Positions 40,198-53,404 are shown, counted from the stretch's first letter. The stretch is DNA of 64,000 bases from Octopus vulgaris (GCA_951406725.2 OX597818.1:78678001-78742000); one strand, 5' to 3'. The notes: generated by a model not told the origin, from the sequence alone. Numbers and translations are program-made.

Positions 40198-42954
40198 TGT
40201 AGTGATATTATAACGCGCGCTCGCGCACCGACCATTTGTATTTCGCGCGTGTTGGTGCCTTCACCAAGGCACAGAAAGGAAGGGCCCTCTCGCGCATGCG
40301 CGAACCACCGGTAGCACGACCCTATTGCCTACGTAGCAGTTAGCGAGGCAAGGGGGTCGTAGAACGTTTGACCGCTAGCAGCAGCAGCCAATGACTTGGG
40401 ACTTAGCGATTGACGGCGACGGTCACGCATATATTCTCTCCGTCAGGATTAGATTCTAGCAGTCCTTTGGCCGAAGACTTTTAACCAAAATTGTTGCAGA
40501 CCAACATCGTCTCCATTGTTCGACGCCATCTTGGACCCTTTCTGTTTTCATCGGCTGGACATTGTAAATATTACAATCTATGAACTTTCAGCCTTGCGCG
40601 CCCAGAATCAAGGACATCAGATAACACACTTATTGTTATTGTTTACCAAGAAAGAGAATAAAGTAGTTATATGTATATTTCACGTCTGCGTCTTGTTGTT
40701 TCCGACTTGTAGAATTCTGGATTATTAAAGCAACGGCTAGTGAGTGATTGCTTTGTGCACCCCAAAAGTGCACGAAGATATTCGCATCTCATTAAGTTCG
40801 TTTCACTGGTGACCCCGACGTGATTCTGGTCTAAAACCAGAGATCACTTATCAACAAAAAAAAATCCAGTTTTTCTGCGAAGTCGGAACACGATTTAACT
40901 CTACGCATTCATCTTTCGACGATTTGTTTTCCGGCCACCACAAAGTTGTAGAAGGAGCCTCTTTCTTATTCTACAGCCATGATGACGAACGCCATCACAT
41001 CATCGATGCCTTTTCTCCACCTTCGTCATCATCATCGTCGTCTGTCTACTTCACGTCGTCGCTATCTTCGTCGCCATCATCACTAAGAACGATGTTGTCC
41101 CAAGTCCACTACAGTCGCCTTCCACCACCAACGTCGACTTTCAACACCGTCGACCTCCACCAAGATGTACATAGCAACTCGCGGAAGTTTAGTCCACTTG
41201 CCGTTTGTGCATTAGCACACCAAGGATTTTACAGCACTTTCTACGAGATTTCTTCTGTTCCAGTTAACCTGTCACAGCATTGAAGCCACAACCGTTACAC
41301 GATATGTGTTCAACCGGCATCTGCATTTTGTGATTTCAACATTCTGTTACAGAACGAACTGCTATTGTACATCAGGCTATTACAGACTGGTAAATTAATT
41401 CTTGTCTGGAATAGCCCGAGAGACATTTTTTCTATGCGCTGTATTTTTTGTATTTTGCTCGCATTCACCTTGTATGTATTTCTGTCGCACACACGTACAC
41501 ACACATAAATGCTCTCTCTCACATACATACGTCACACATGCTTTTCTCGCTTGTTTGTTCCATGCTAAATTTGCCTTTTGTGGACACCCCTCATTTCTAT
41601 AGACCCTAGCGGTCACGTATACATAGAGAGGGTTGTTTGTCCATTATAACGCGCCAGCATGTCATACCTTTGTTCCTGTACGAACGAGGCATATAATCGC
41701 TCAATCACTGGCATGTTCTTGCTGTTTTTTTGGTCTGGCAAGCACTGTTGCATTTCATGCGCCTATTGCTTCGCACGTGTACTTGCCTTGTTTTTGCAAC
41801 ACGTTTTGCGTTAGCTTGATTTCTTTTCCCGACTCATGTCGGATGTTCATATGCGCTGCGCCATGTTTAGGCGTAATTATTTTTCCCTGTTAGACCCTTG
41901 TTGGTCACGTAAATTAACAGAAAATTATCTGTGTCGCGCATCACACCAGCATGTTTGCACTTTTGCCTTTTGTGTTACTAGCGATCTTCTGTCAATTCCA
42001 TTTCCTCTCCTGCAGCAATTGATTTAACTGCTATTTTGCAGGATCAACCACCTTTAGAGAAGTTGGATTTTAATTTCGCCTAGGTTCATTAACAGTGAGT
42101 TCTGCCTTTTCTTTCGCTCCCTTCAGCGGAAGGCTCTATACTTTGTGACGTATACACTTTCATGCATGCACTCTTGATTTTTGCTCATTGAGTATTTTTT
42201 CTCTTTTTCCTTTGGTAAATTTCTTGTGTATGTTATAAATTTTGCCATTATATTATTGTGTGCTATTTGGTTATCTGGTGTCCACCTTGAGTTTTGCAGT
42301 CACTACAATAAGTTTCCTTTCGTGCGTACGCACTGGAGGGGAGCCTTGTAGTGATATTATAACGCGCGCTCGCGCACCGACCATTTGTATTTCGCGCGTG
42401 TTGGTGCCTTCACCAAGGCACAGAAAGGAAGGGCCCTCTCGCGCATGCGCGAACCACCGGTAGCACGACCCTATTGCCTACGTAGCAGTTAGCGAGGCAA
42501 GGGGGTCGTAGAACGTTTGACCGCTAGCAGCAGCAGCCAATGACTTGGGACTTAGCGATTGACGGCGACGGTCACGCATATATTCTCTCCGTCAGGATTA
42601 GATTCTAGCAGTCCTTTGGCCGAAGACTTTTAACCAAAATTGTTGCAGACCAACATCGTCTCCATTGTTCGACGCCATCTTGGACCCTTTCTGTTTTCAT
42701 CGGCTGGACATTGTAAATATTACAATCTATGAACTTTCAGCCTTGCGCGCCCAGAATCAAGGACATCAGATAACACACTTATTGTTATTGTTTACCAAGA
42801 AAGAGAATAAAGTAGTTATATGTATATTTCACGTCTGCGTCTTGTTGTTTCCGACTTGTAGAATTCTGGATTATTAAAGCAACGGCTAGTGAGTGATTGC
42901 TTTGTGCACCCCAAAAGTGCACAAAGATATTCGCATCTCATTAAGTTCGTTTCA
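40198..42954 (+). mobile_element. Non-autonomous LTR retrotransposon (2757 bp), LTRs 40198-40805 and 42347-42954
   Basis: Two 608-bp TG...CA direct repeats, 4-bp TSD CAAT, PBS TGGTGACCCCGACGTGAT at 40807-40824, purine tract GGAGGGGAG before the 3' LTR, AATAAA in the LTR (40657). No gag/pol ORF internally. Confidence 0.93.
40807..40824 (+). promoter_or_regulatory. Primer-binding site complementary to the 3' 18 nt of tRNA-Trp
   Basis: TGGTGACCCCGACGTGAT is the reverse complement of ATCACGTCGGGGTCACCA, the metazoan tRNA-Trp(CCA) 3' end. It starts one base after the LTR end. Confidence 0.88.
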
Positions 42955-43456
42955 CAATCATTAACTATATTTAGAACTGTGGATTGATGAAATCGTGACG
43001 GTGTCTGATAAAATGCATCGTAGTATTTATTCCAGCTTTTTTGATCTTGATTCAAATCCCGCCGATGTCAACTTTTCGGGATCGATAAAATAAAGCGAGG
43101 AAATTATAATCGATTATTCCTTTCTCGCAAAATCAAAGTCCCTGAGACCATGTTAGAAATATTTATTATACTTCTAGAGCGTCGCGCAAAAATCCTTGTA
43201 GAATTTAGTTCCGGCTCCTTGTATCTTAAGTTCAAATCTCTTCAAGGGCAACTTACCTTTTATCTTTTCGAGACCGACAAAATAAAGGACCAGTCAGATA
43301 CAGGGGACAATTTACTCGAATGCTCCATCTCTCCCTCAAATTTCAGGCATTGTGTATGTGTTAGTAATAACTATGTATTATAGTTTAGGCTGAAAGATAA
43401 TCCACATGAATCCTTTAACAAATATAATCAATACTAAATAGTACTTCATAGAATAC

Positions 43457-43598
43457 CTGTATCCCAACATTCTACATACAACAGTAGCATCGTTGTCATC
43501 CCAGCTGTCATCGCATACACTGCCCCATATTCTATTATGCAAAATTTCTACACGTCCTTCCTGTTTTGATCGTCCGTCTTTCAGTCGAATACCGACAT
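43457..43598 (-). CDS. SRCR protein exon, SRCR domain 4 N-half
   Basis: cgatag|AT...AG|gtattc. [46 protein letters not shown]. Confidence 0.95.
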
Positions 43599-44111
43599 CT
43601 ATCGATACAAAAACAAAGGAATAAATGAGTAATGGTTTTGATGTGATTAAAGTATAACACACCTCCTCCCACACGCACACATACAAACAGAGTATTAATA
43701 AAATACAGAAAACAAATAATATTTTATACTTTATAAAACATACACGTGTTTCGACAATTACTGCCTGGATTACATAGTTGAAACGTTATATAATCATGTA
43801 AACTACTACTTCAGTGTTAAGCTTTTTTTTTTTGCTTAACTTTGAAGATGCACAGTCCCAATGCACTGGACGGTCCGAGGCTATACTAGAAGACATCTGC
43901 CATGGTGCCACGAACCCCAAAACATGTGGTAGCAAAGCTAGCTTCTCAGTTACGTGGCCATAACTGCATCTATACAGTAAAGGTAATTCACAGACTTTAG
44001 TTTGTCATGGACAAATCGATGTTACATGTTGATGAAAGTGAAAAATCATGGGATTGATTATCGATTATGGAACGAAAAAGACATGAAGTTTGCAAAGATG
44101 TATATACTCAC

Positions 44112-44290
44112 AATCAGAACACCAGGCAGCTGCACAGTTCTCCTGGTCGCAATAAGCATCGCCCCAGTTGCTATGCTTGCATTCGGCAAGGTCGGTCTCG
44201 TTACCAGTGCAATCAATATTGTCTAACCAAAACTGGTGGGTATTTCGAACTGGGACGTGAGACACATATTTACTGACCATTTGGCCAGTT
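44112..44290 (-). CDS. SRCR protein exon, SRCR domain 3 C-half
   Basis: tttcag|A...T|gtgagt. TGQMVSKY...FWLDNIDCTGNETDLAECKHSNWGDAYCDQENCAAAWCSD. Confidence 0.93.
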
Positions 44291-45197
44291 CTGAAATTGA
44301 AAAATACCATGTTTCAGCATACTTCGAGTTTGAGATGATTTTTAATGCACACATACATTCATACATATCCCTCACCATGTGTGTGTGTGTGTGTGTGCCT
44401 GTGTGTGTGTGTCAATATATATGTTAGTGAACGAAATTTCAGCAAAGTCTGATTTTCACGTTTTATATTTGTACTTTTTACAATTTTACAATATTACAAG
44501 TACTTTCATGCTTCCGCAATCTTCAGATTTCAGTAGTAGCAGAAATGTCGGTCAATACTGCTACTATATAAAACTGAAGATGGTGAAAAACATGAAAGTA
44601 CTAGTATTATCGTATGTAATATTGTAAAATTATTAAAAAAATATATATAAATAAAACGAGAAAATCAAACTACAATGGAAATTAATTAGCTATACACAAT
44701 CTTAAAAACTCTGATACACACATACGCGAGTGCATATATATGTATATAGATATTTATATGCATGAATGTACATATATGATGTGATGATGATAACTGTCCA
44801 CTTGTTGACCGAGAAAGACCATCATTGACCATTGCCCATGCAAAATACCATCAATTCCTAAGCATGAAGTTTTTATATTTGTAGTCGGTTTCTCTTGTAT
44901 TCGCATCTGCGGGCTTCCATGCTTGTGGCGGCGCTCTCCTGCTTGCCCGGATATCGGATAGTCGACTCACCAGCAATTGCACAACCAAATTTTATAGATC
45001 CAACACACACGCGCGCGCGCACAGTTTACTTTCCGTCAAGGTGGGGACAAAAGTACTTCCTCCAGTGACAAATAAATATTTAATGTACACTGTATTAACT
45101 TAAAAGCTACCAATAGTTTTTTGCCAACGAGACACATTAAATTATATATATATGGTGGTTGTCTACTCCTTATGCAGAGTTTAACCACCTCCTGTAC

Positions 45198-46150
45198 CTA
45201 CACCTTGGAACCATCACGGCAGCTGATGTTGCTTTTTAAACCAGACAATGGTTTTATGGAAAAATTTATTGTTCCACGCACTAGACGATGGTCAGTCCTG
45301 ATCTCTCCTCCTCTCATGGCCCGAACGCTAGAAAAATCTTTCATATCACGTTTTCTGATCAAAATATAATCTATGGGATACCAGTGCTTAGATCTTGGGT
45401 GTATCCAGGTGGTCTTTTTTTTTATCGTGCTGCTTAAACAAAGTGTTGGTAACAACTAGATTATTCTCAGTGCAAAACGTCAAAAGAGCTACTCCATTTT
45501 TATTACATTTTCCAATCCCATGTCGGCCTAAAACAGGCCATGAAACGTAGTCATTTCCAACTCTTGCGTTGAAATCTTCCAATATGACCAACTTGTCAGA
45601 AATTGGTACTTTCCTCAATGATTGTACTAGATTGTCATAAAACTGTTCAACAGTTTCATCAGCATGAGACATTGTTGGTGCATAAACGCTGACAACGGTA
45701 ATAAACCTACCTTTTGTCAGTTTTATATGGCATGACATGGTTCATTCAGGTATACCATTTGGAAATTCTGCAATGGAGGATACTAATGAATTCTTGAGAG
45801 CAAACCCAACACCAGATTCTCTACCCTGACCCTCAAGTAGGCCTCTCCAAAAGATAGTATATCTAGAAGTAGGTTCACTTATTTGACCCTCACCAGAGAT
45901 ACGAGTTTCAGAGAGCGCAACTATATCAAGGGAATATTTCTTAAGCTCACATGCAATAAGTGCAGTACGCCTTTCTGGCTTCTTGTTGAAATTATCAAGA
46001 AGTGTGCGCACTTTCCTACAGCCAAAATTCAGAGGATGTTTATTTTTACTTTTTCTTTTAGATTGTTTGACCACAGTGACAGGATGACGACCAGGTCCAG
46101 TCTGTGATACGCTAGGACCCCTACCGAGCCAGACCTGTTACCCTGACGTT
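45198..46150 (-). pseudogene. RTE-clade LINE 5' fragment (AP endonuclease), frameshifted
   Basis: Consecutive ORF pieces LNFGCRKVRTLLD..ERRTALIACELKKYSLDIVALSETR, GVGFAL, SVYAPT, EDFNARVG, VVTNTLF, TWIHPRSKHWYPIDYILIR and TDHRLV form an APE domain. No RT part is present. Confidence 0.9.
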
Positions 46151-46331
46151 CCCAAGCCTTTGTTAGTAAAATATGTATTTGTTAGTAAAATATGCATTGT
46201 TTGTTTGAACTGATATTATATGAATTGTAAGCTTTATGGTTGTGGCCTGAACCAACATGCTTACAATGATATCCCAAAAGTCGTAATATTATCTAGATGT
46301 TTTTGAAATGATTTAAAGAAAAGTAACATAC

Positions 46332-46473
46332 TTGTAACCCATTGATCTGCAAACCACCTGTGCACCTTCATCATTCCATCCTTTCTTGCAGACTGTACCC
46401 CAGATTCCATTATATAAAACTTGCACAAGTCCAACTGTTGCATTTTTTGAATTACCATCAATACGTACTTCAA
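46332..46473 (-). CDS. SRCR protein exon, SRCR domain 3 N-half
   Basis: attttag|TT...AA|gtatgt. [46 protein letters not shown]. Confidence 0.92.
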
Positions 46474-46554
46474 CTAAAATTTAGAAAAATGAAAACTAAA
46501 TGTATATACACATACACGCACGCACACACACACACACACACATACATATACATA

Positions 46555-46631
<77 letters not shown>

Positions 46632-46658
46632 ATGTATATATATATATGTATATATATG

Positions 46659-46695
<37 letters not shown>

Positions 46696-46734
46696 GTATA
46701 TATATATATGTATATATATATATGTATATATATG

Positions 46735-46809
<75 letters not shown>

Positions 46810-46814
<5 letters not shown>

Positions 46815-48654
46815 AACCCCCAACACACTATATCGGACATAACGTTTAGTGCCCCTGATGTCTTAGCGGCGATAAACGAAATAAAACACAATTCAGCAGT
46901 AGGCCCCGATAGGTTCCCTGCTTGTGTCCTGAAGGTGTGTCGACATGATGTCAACCCCCAACACACTATATCGGACATAACGTTTAGTGCCCCTGATGTC
47001 TTAGCGGCGATAAACGAAATAAAACACAATTCAGCAGTAGGCCCCGATAGGTTCCCTGCTTGTGTCCTGAAGGTGTGTCGACACCAACTTGCATCTCCCC
47101 TTGCTAATCTGTGGAGAAACTCACTGGATGCTGGCTATATTCCAAAAAACCTTCTGTCCCAGTCTGTTGTCCCAGTTTTCAAAAAGGGAAACAAGTCCCT
47201 TGCAGTGAATTACCGTCCGATCTCACTCACCTCTCATATCATCAAGGTATTTGAGAGGGTGGTGAGATCTCAAATAACCCAATTTCTGGAAAGCAACAGA
47301 CGGCTGATCTCCAACCAACATGGGTTCCGTAATGGAAGGGACTGCCTAACGCAGCTCCTGCATCACTTTGAGGACATTTTGAGAGCTTTGGGAGAGGGCT
47401 CCAACACCGATGTCATCTACCTTGATTTCAGTAAGGCCTTCGACAGGGTCGATCACAAGATCCTATTGAAAAAACTATCCAACATTGGTGTCTCTGGAAA
47501 GTTACTGAAATGGATTAAGTGTTTCCTGACAGACAGATCTCAACATGTTGTAGTTGAAGGGGTAAAATCAAGCCCAGCCAAAGTCAGTAGTGGCGTTCCG
47601 CAAGGCACTGTGCTGGGCCCACTTCTTTTCATCATTTACATTAATGACATTAATGACATCATCAAGCACAGCAACATAAAAATCTTTGCAGATGACTCCA
47701 AGCTACAGAAGGTCATAAATGAGGCGAGTGACCGGACATGCCTTCAGTCAGATCTACTGGCTGTTATCCAATGGGCAGAAAAAAACAATATGCTGCTGAA
47801 CGAGGATAAATTTGAGCTAATCCACTTTGGAAAAGAGGATGCCCTGAAACTCCCATACTCCCTTCCTTCAGGTGAAACTCTCGCGGCGTCCAACAACATC
47901 AGAGACTTGGGAGTAATTGTGGACAACAACGTAAGCTGGGCCACTCATATAAACACCAAAGTTGACATGGCCCGCAGAATGTGTTCCTGGATTCTCAGAA
48001 CTTTCCAGTCGAGAGATATCCACACCATTATCCTTCTCTTCTCCACTTTTGCCCGACCCCACCTTGAATACTGTTGTCCACTGTGGTCTCCCCACACAAT
48101 ACAAGGTATCAAAAAAGTCGAAGCACCTCAAAGGGCAATCACAAAAAAGATAGATGGCATGACAGACCTCGACTATTGGGGTCGACTAGAAAAGCTAAAA
48201 CTCTATTCTCTCCAACGTCGTCGTGAGCGCTACATCATCTGCATGATGTGGAAAATATTCCATCAGCATTGCCCAAATGATGTTGGCATCACCTTTAAGG
48301 TACATCCAAGGCTTGGGCCCCGTGCCATCCGCCCAAAACAAAAATCGCACTCTCATCTCATAACAACAATACGGCACAATTATTTCACCTCAATTGGCCC
48401 CGCTCTCTTTAACATTACACCAAAACACATTAAAACAGAAACTGACCCTATAGGGTTCAAGAAGTCTTTGGACAGATTCCTTCAAGAAATCCCGGATAAA
48501 CCCCCTACACCCGGATATGTCTCTGTAAACAATAACTCTCTACTTGAGTGGGCCATAGTGCCCAAATTCTGACTTGAAAGACTTCACCAGGTGGTGCTAT
48601 TAAGTTAGACATGGCCTGGGCCAATAATGGCCGAAACCTATCAAAGTATCAAAG
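46810..48654 (+). mobile_element. 5'-truncated CR1/L2-group LINE with uninterrupted RT ORF, inserted in a (TA)n tract
   Basis: RT motifs [75 protein letters not shown]; stop at 48572. 3' stem-loop GGCCA-ATAA-TGGCC and (TATCAAAG)2 tail. Confidence 0.93.
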
Positions 48655-48662
48655 TATATATG

Positions 48663-48723
<61 letters not shown>

Positions 48724-48827
48724 TCTTTTACTCTTTTACTTGTTTCAGCCATCCGGCTGAGGCCATGCTGGGGCACCGCCCTTGGAATATATATATATAT
48801 ATATAATAACACTATTTCATTGTGTAT

Positions 48828-49470
48828 TTAGTTACTGAGAGAGACGGAAGACGGAAGATATGAGAATTTTTTTAGTCACTGCAATTGTTTCGAAGCATCT
48901 AGCATCGATCTCGTTAACCTAATTAATAATTATAATTGACCTTAAGGTATGGATGAATTAAATTTAGCTCTAACTTCCCCATTCTTATAAACACCAAGTA
49001 GCTATTTAATTCGCTATGAAACGTATATGCATCAAACCACAAGTGTACGTATACTTATATCTTCGTGTTTTCTTTTTTTATGAGAGAGTGAACATGCGCC
49101 ATACAAGCTATGCGAGGGTGTTTATACATCCATATCCGTTAGCGGTTATATTTAATACTTTTTTCGCTGTATTGTGTATTGGTTTCTTTTTTGCATGTTT
49201 TCTTATTATTGATCTTTTATAAAAAATGTAGCTATATCCCTGAATTTGCTGCTTTTCTTTGCATGAGCCAGGGAGATACTTTATGGAAAAGTCATTATTT
49301 TAACGAGTTATATCTAATTATCACCCGAAAAGACACATCTACACAGACGGATGCTCCTAAAGCAGTTAAGAATATCATTCGCGAGGGATCGATGTTAGAT
49401 GGATTGAAACAATTGTAGCGATTAATAAAAATTCTCGTATCTTCCATCTTCCATCTCTCTCATTAACTAA
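48828..49470. mobile_element. MITE-like element with ~85-bp imperfect TIRs
   Basis: TTAGTTACTGAGAGAGACGGAAGACGGAAGATATGAGAATTTTT...CATCGATC is inversely repeated at ~49387-49470. Confidence 0.65.
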
Positions 49471-50797
49471 CTATGTATAAATATATACATATATAGTCAA
49501 TACAAACAATTCAAATAAACGAATAAAAATGGACATCATGAGGACGTGCATACGAAATATATTAGCTTGATACTGGGCGACAAGAAAGAGTTTGACGTTT
49601 CGAACATAGCCCTTCGCTGGAAAGGAGATATGGAAAAGTTCAAAGATGGAACAGAAATCGCTAACAGCACACATGTAATAACATTGCTAAAGTGACCGGA
49701 AGTAGAAAGAGAAAGTGTTTTTTTTGGATAGGAGAATATAAAGATGGCCAGTATGTGTGTGTATATGTGTGTTTTTATGTGTGTGTGTGCATGTGGGTAA
49801 ATGTGTGAGTAAGTGTGTGTGTATCTGTGACGTGTGTGTTTGTTATAGTATCCGTGTACGAGTGTGCTTCTGTTTGTGTCGGTCATCGATCAGGTCAGTG
49901 GCGACAGACGAAAGAAGTGACAAACCTTGCTTTGTGTAAAAATATGTATTTGCATGTGTGCGTATGTCGGTGAGGGAATGTGTGTCTGTATGTGCGTATG
50001 AGTGCGTGTGTGTGTGCCTCTGTGTGTGTGTGTGTGTGTGTGCATGTGTGCGTATGAGTACGTGTGTGTATATATGTGTATATCAGTGTGTGGAAGTATA
50101 TGTACGCACGTGTATGTGTGCGTGTGTGTATGTGTGTGTGTGTGTGTGTTGTGCGTGAGAGGGTATACGTGCGTGCGTGTATGCATATGTATGTGTGTGT
50201 GTGCGTGAGAGAGAAAGAAAGGGAGAAGCGAGGTGGAGCGTGTATGGGTGTGTGGAATTTTGTGTGGGTGTGTGTATATGTATGTGTATATATGTGTGTG
50301 TAAATGTGTGTATGTGTATGTATGTGTGTTGGCACTTTTGTGTGAGTAGAGGGTTCCATTTGCACATGTCGGGATAAGTCAATGTGTACGTGTGTGCGGT
50401 ATGCCACTGTATATCATGTGGGCACGGGTTCATGCTATGTGCATTGGTGAGTGTGAGATCGACAGAGACTGAAGAATAAAACATGAAAATAGAAAATAAA
50501 AACAAACAAAAATAAATGAAAATTAAACAAATAACATAAATTTGTTTTAAAAAGTGGGTGGAGGATGCCACTGAAAGGATCTATCTATCTGTCTGTCTGT
50601 CTGTCTGTCTATACAGACGCAATAGTGTTCCCCTGATAATCCGTTGTGGTTAAGAATTCAATTTCACCGGGAACATACAATGTTGTCATTCCAAAAAGCC
50701 ACAACGGTGAAAAGTACATAGGGAACAAATGACATAAACTTGCGTTTATCATAATTTCTCTCTCTCTCTCTTTCTCTCTCTCACACTCACACACACA

Positions 50798-50917
50798 CAC
50801 ATACATACATGCATACATACATACATGCATACATACATACATACATACATAAATACATACATACATACAGACATACATGCATACATACATACATGCATAC
50901 ATACATGCATACATACA

Positions 50918-50951
<34 letters not shown>

Positions 50952-51210
50952 CATAAATACATACATACATACATACATACATACATACATACATACATAC
51001 ATACATACATACATACATACATACATACATGCATACATACATACATACATACATACATACATACATAAATACATACATACATACATACATAAATACATAC
51101 ATACATAAATACATACATACATACATATATACATACATAAACACATACATACATACATACATGCATACATACATACATGCATACATACATACATACATAC
51201 ATACATACAC
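50798..51210. repeat. (CATA)n microsatellite (another at 52972-53090)
   Basis: Direct reading of the sequence. It produces the spurious MYVC/HTYI ORFs. Confidence 0.95.
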
Positions 51211-51342
51211 ATATTTTCCTTTCCTTGTCTCTTTCTGTGTTCCTTTCTCTAGAACAGCGTAGACTCGAAACGTAAAATACTTTTTCTAATACATCTGTTT
51301 ATTTTCTACACCACCTGTCTTTGTTTTTTTCGTGAACTCTCC

Positions 51343-51378
<36 letters not shown>

Positions 51379-51427
51379 ACACACACACACACAGACACAC
51401 ACACAGTAAGGTTATTCAAAGCAAGTG

Positions 51428-51781
51428 AAACAAGAGCACTCAGAGATCGCAAACTTCCGCCAAGACAGCACCAACATCCTCTCAACGATTAGCCAGAGAT
51501 GATTTTTAAAATGAGAATATCTGAAATAAAACTCGACTGCTCTCACAAACGAGACTGCTAAAAATGAACCCGACCGTTCTCAAAAATTAAGTAAAATAAC
51601 CGGAAAAATAATCCATAATCCTTGTCCGGGACTAGATCGATCCCTAAATCTAATCAGTTCGTGCCAGTCACGAGACCAAACATCTTGAGATATCTTCTCC
51701 ACGGAGAACCAAACGAATAAACAAACAAACAAACAAAGACGACTGAAAACAATACCCCCGCCTTTGTTATGGCAGTGGTAA
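51428..51781 (-). mobile_element. Helentron-associated (HINE/DINE-1-like) non-autonomous element
   Basis: Minus strand reads TTACCACTGCC...GGCGGGGGTA, (TTTG)n, then CTTGGCGGAAGT subterminal repeat and GCGATCTCTGAGTGC stem-loop, ending at TT. The class is inferred from this architecture. Confidence 0.55.
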
Positions 51782-51791
51782 CAATACTAAC

Positions 51792-51955
51792 TGTTAGAGC
51801 AGTGTACATTGATATTGGAGCTGATTTTACATCTTGAACGGCTTTCGTCGGTATAACTACACTCGTCTAGTGACATTTCTTTTCCGGTGCATGATAAATC
51901 TGCCAGTCCTACGGGGTAGGTCGTGGTGTCTGGTTTGCTAAGTGCAAAACCATGC
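51792..51955 (-). CDS. SRCR protein exon, SRCR domain 2 C-half (divergent)
   Basis: ttctag|G...A|gttagt. HGFALSKPDTTTYPVGLADLSCTGKEMSLDECSYTDESRSRCKISSNINVHCSN has SRCR Cys spacing, and phases 2/1 fit. Confidence 0.87.
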
Positions 51956-53404
51956 CTAGAACGAAATAAATAATCGAATTAAACAGATGTAAAACTGAAA
52001 TAAAAATGACAAAATAATGAAAATGGAAAGTTTCTTATAATGCGAAAAGGGAAAGTTAAGTAATCTTTATATATTTCAGGCACAAAGGCCCATCATCAAA
52101 ATGAACGGAGTAAAAGAATGTAAATCTGTGCAAATCCTGACATGATGAGTGCTTTACATAAAACTCGGCTTGGCTGGATCTGCACTGCAAGAAGCTCCCC
52201 GCCTTTATTTTTTTAATTCTACAATTTCGAATACAAGCGGCCCAAATTAGATTCCTCCAAAGGATCTCTGAAGTAAAGTTACTCGACAGGGTGCGTAGCT
52301 TGGAGATCAAGAAGTATCTCCTGGTCGATTTACTATTTTTCCGCATTAAGAGATCGCAGCTCCAGTATTACTGACGTGTGATTAGAATGTCGCAGGAAAA
52401 AATCGAGACCTAGGCGTAGATCAATATTGAGATGATTGGATAATATCCATAATCTCAATTAGCTGGTTACGCTTGGTAATCCAGCTGTAAAGTATAATAA
52501 TGGTTTCTTCTGATAGTATCTTATGGAGTAGATACCCAGGAACTCTATCCCACGACCTTCCCGACAATAGTGGGTAGAGAATATGGGTGGCTAAGTTAGT
52601 TCATTCCCGAGTCATATAGACTCATAGGGCCGGTTTCCCGGTTTCCGTGGCGTCTATATTATCCACCCGGGGTGGGACGCCAGTCCGTCGCAGGATTACT
52701 CATATAACTTATGTAGTCCTGTCTAGCAGTAGTCTTCCCTTGGACAGGTCCTGTGCATGCGAACTTTCTCAAGCACTCTCTATACGACCTGGGAGGCCCC
52801 GTACCCTCCCCTGTCGCCGTTTAGTAGATTACTGGAACTTGGGCTCCATAACTAGACCTGGGATGAATACTGGCATGAGTTCCTGTTTATAGAAGACACT
52901 TGCTCAAGGTGCCACGCAGTGGGACTGAACTGTGTGGTTGGGAAGCAAACTTCTTATCACACTGCTACTCCTATACATACATACATACATACATACATAC
53001 ATACATACATACATACATACATACATACATACATACATACATACATACATACATACATACATACATACATACATACAAGCAAACATACATACATGCATCA
53101 TGAATACAAATATGCATATAGGTATACTTACAAGACTACTTACTCTGGCTGATGTCTAAATTCCAATGAAAGAGTCCTGTTTCTACACTAAAACCCGGGT
53201 CTCTCTCCATTGATAGAAATTCGAAAAATAAAGCTACGAAGACATACATATATGCACACCTACCTACCTACCTACCTACCTACCTACCTACACCCACACT
53301 TACTCACAGAGACAGGCACACACAAATATGTCTGTGTGTATATAAATATAATTGTATACACAGATGTATTCATTTATATATATATATATATGCATGCATG
53401 TATG

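Noticed and set aside
40516-42877. Identical 70-aa ORFs at 40516 and 42665 as a duplicated gene
   Set aside because: Both lie inside the two LTR copies, start at TTG and have no recognisable motif.
46500-46809. N-terminal ~100 aa of the 690-aa ORF as a novel domain fused to RT
   Set aside because: It is translated (CA)n/(TA)n microsatellite that happens to lack stops; the real element begins at ~46810.
52056-52346. 96-aa minus-strand ORF in non-repetitive-looking sequence
   Set aside because: It has no recognisable motif, and the flanking SRCR exons join in phase without it; possibly an old TE relic.
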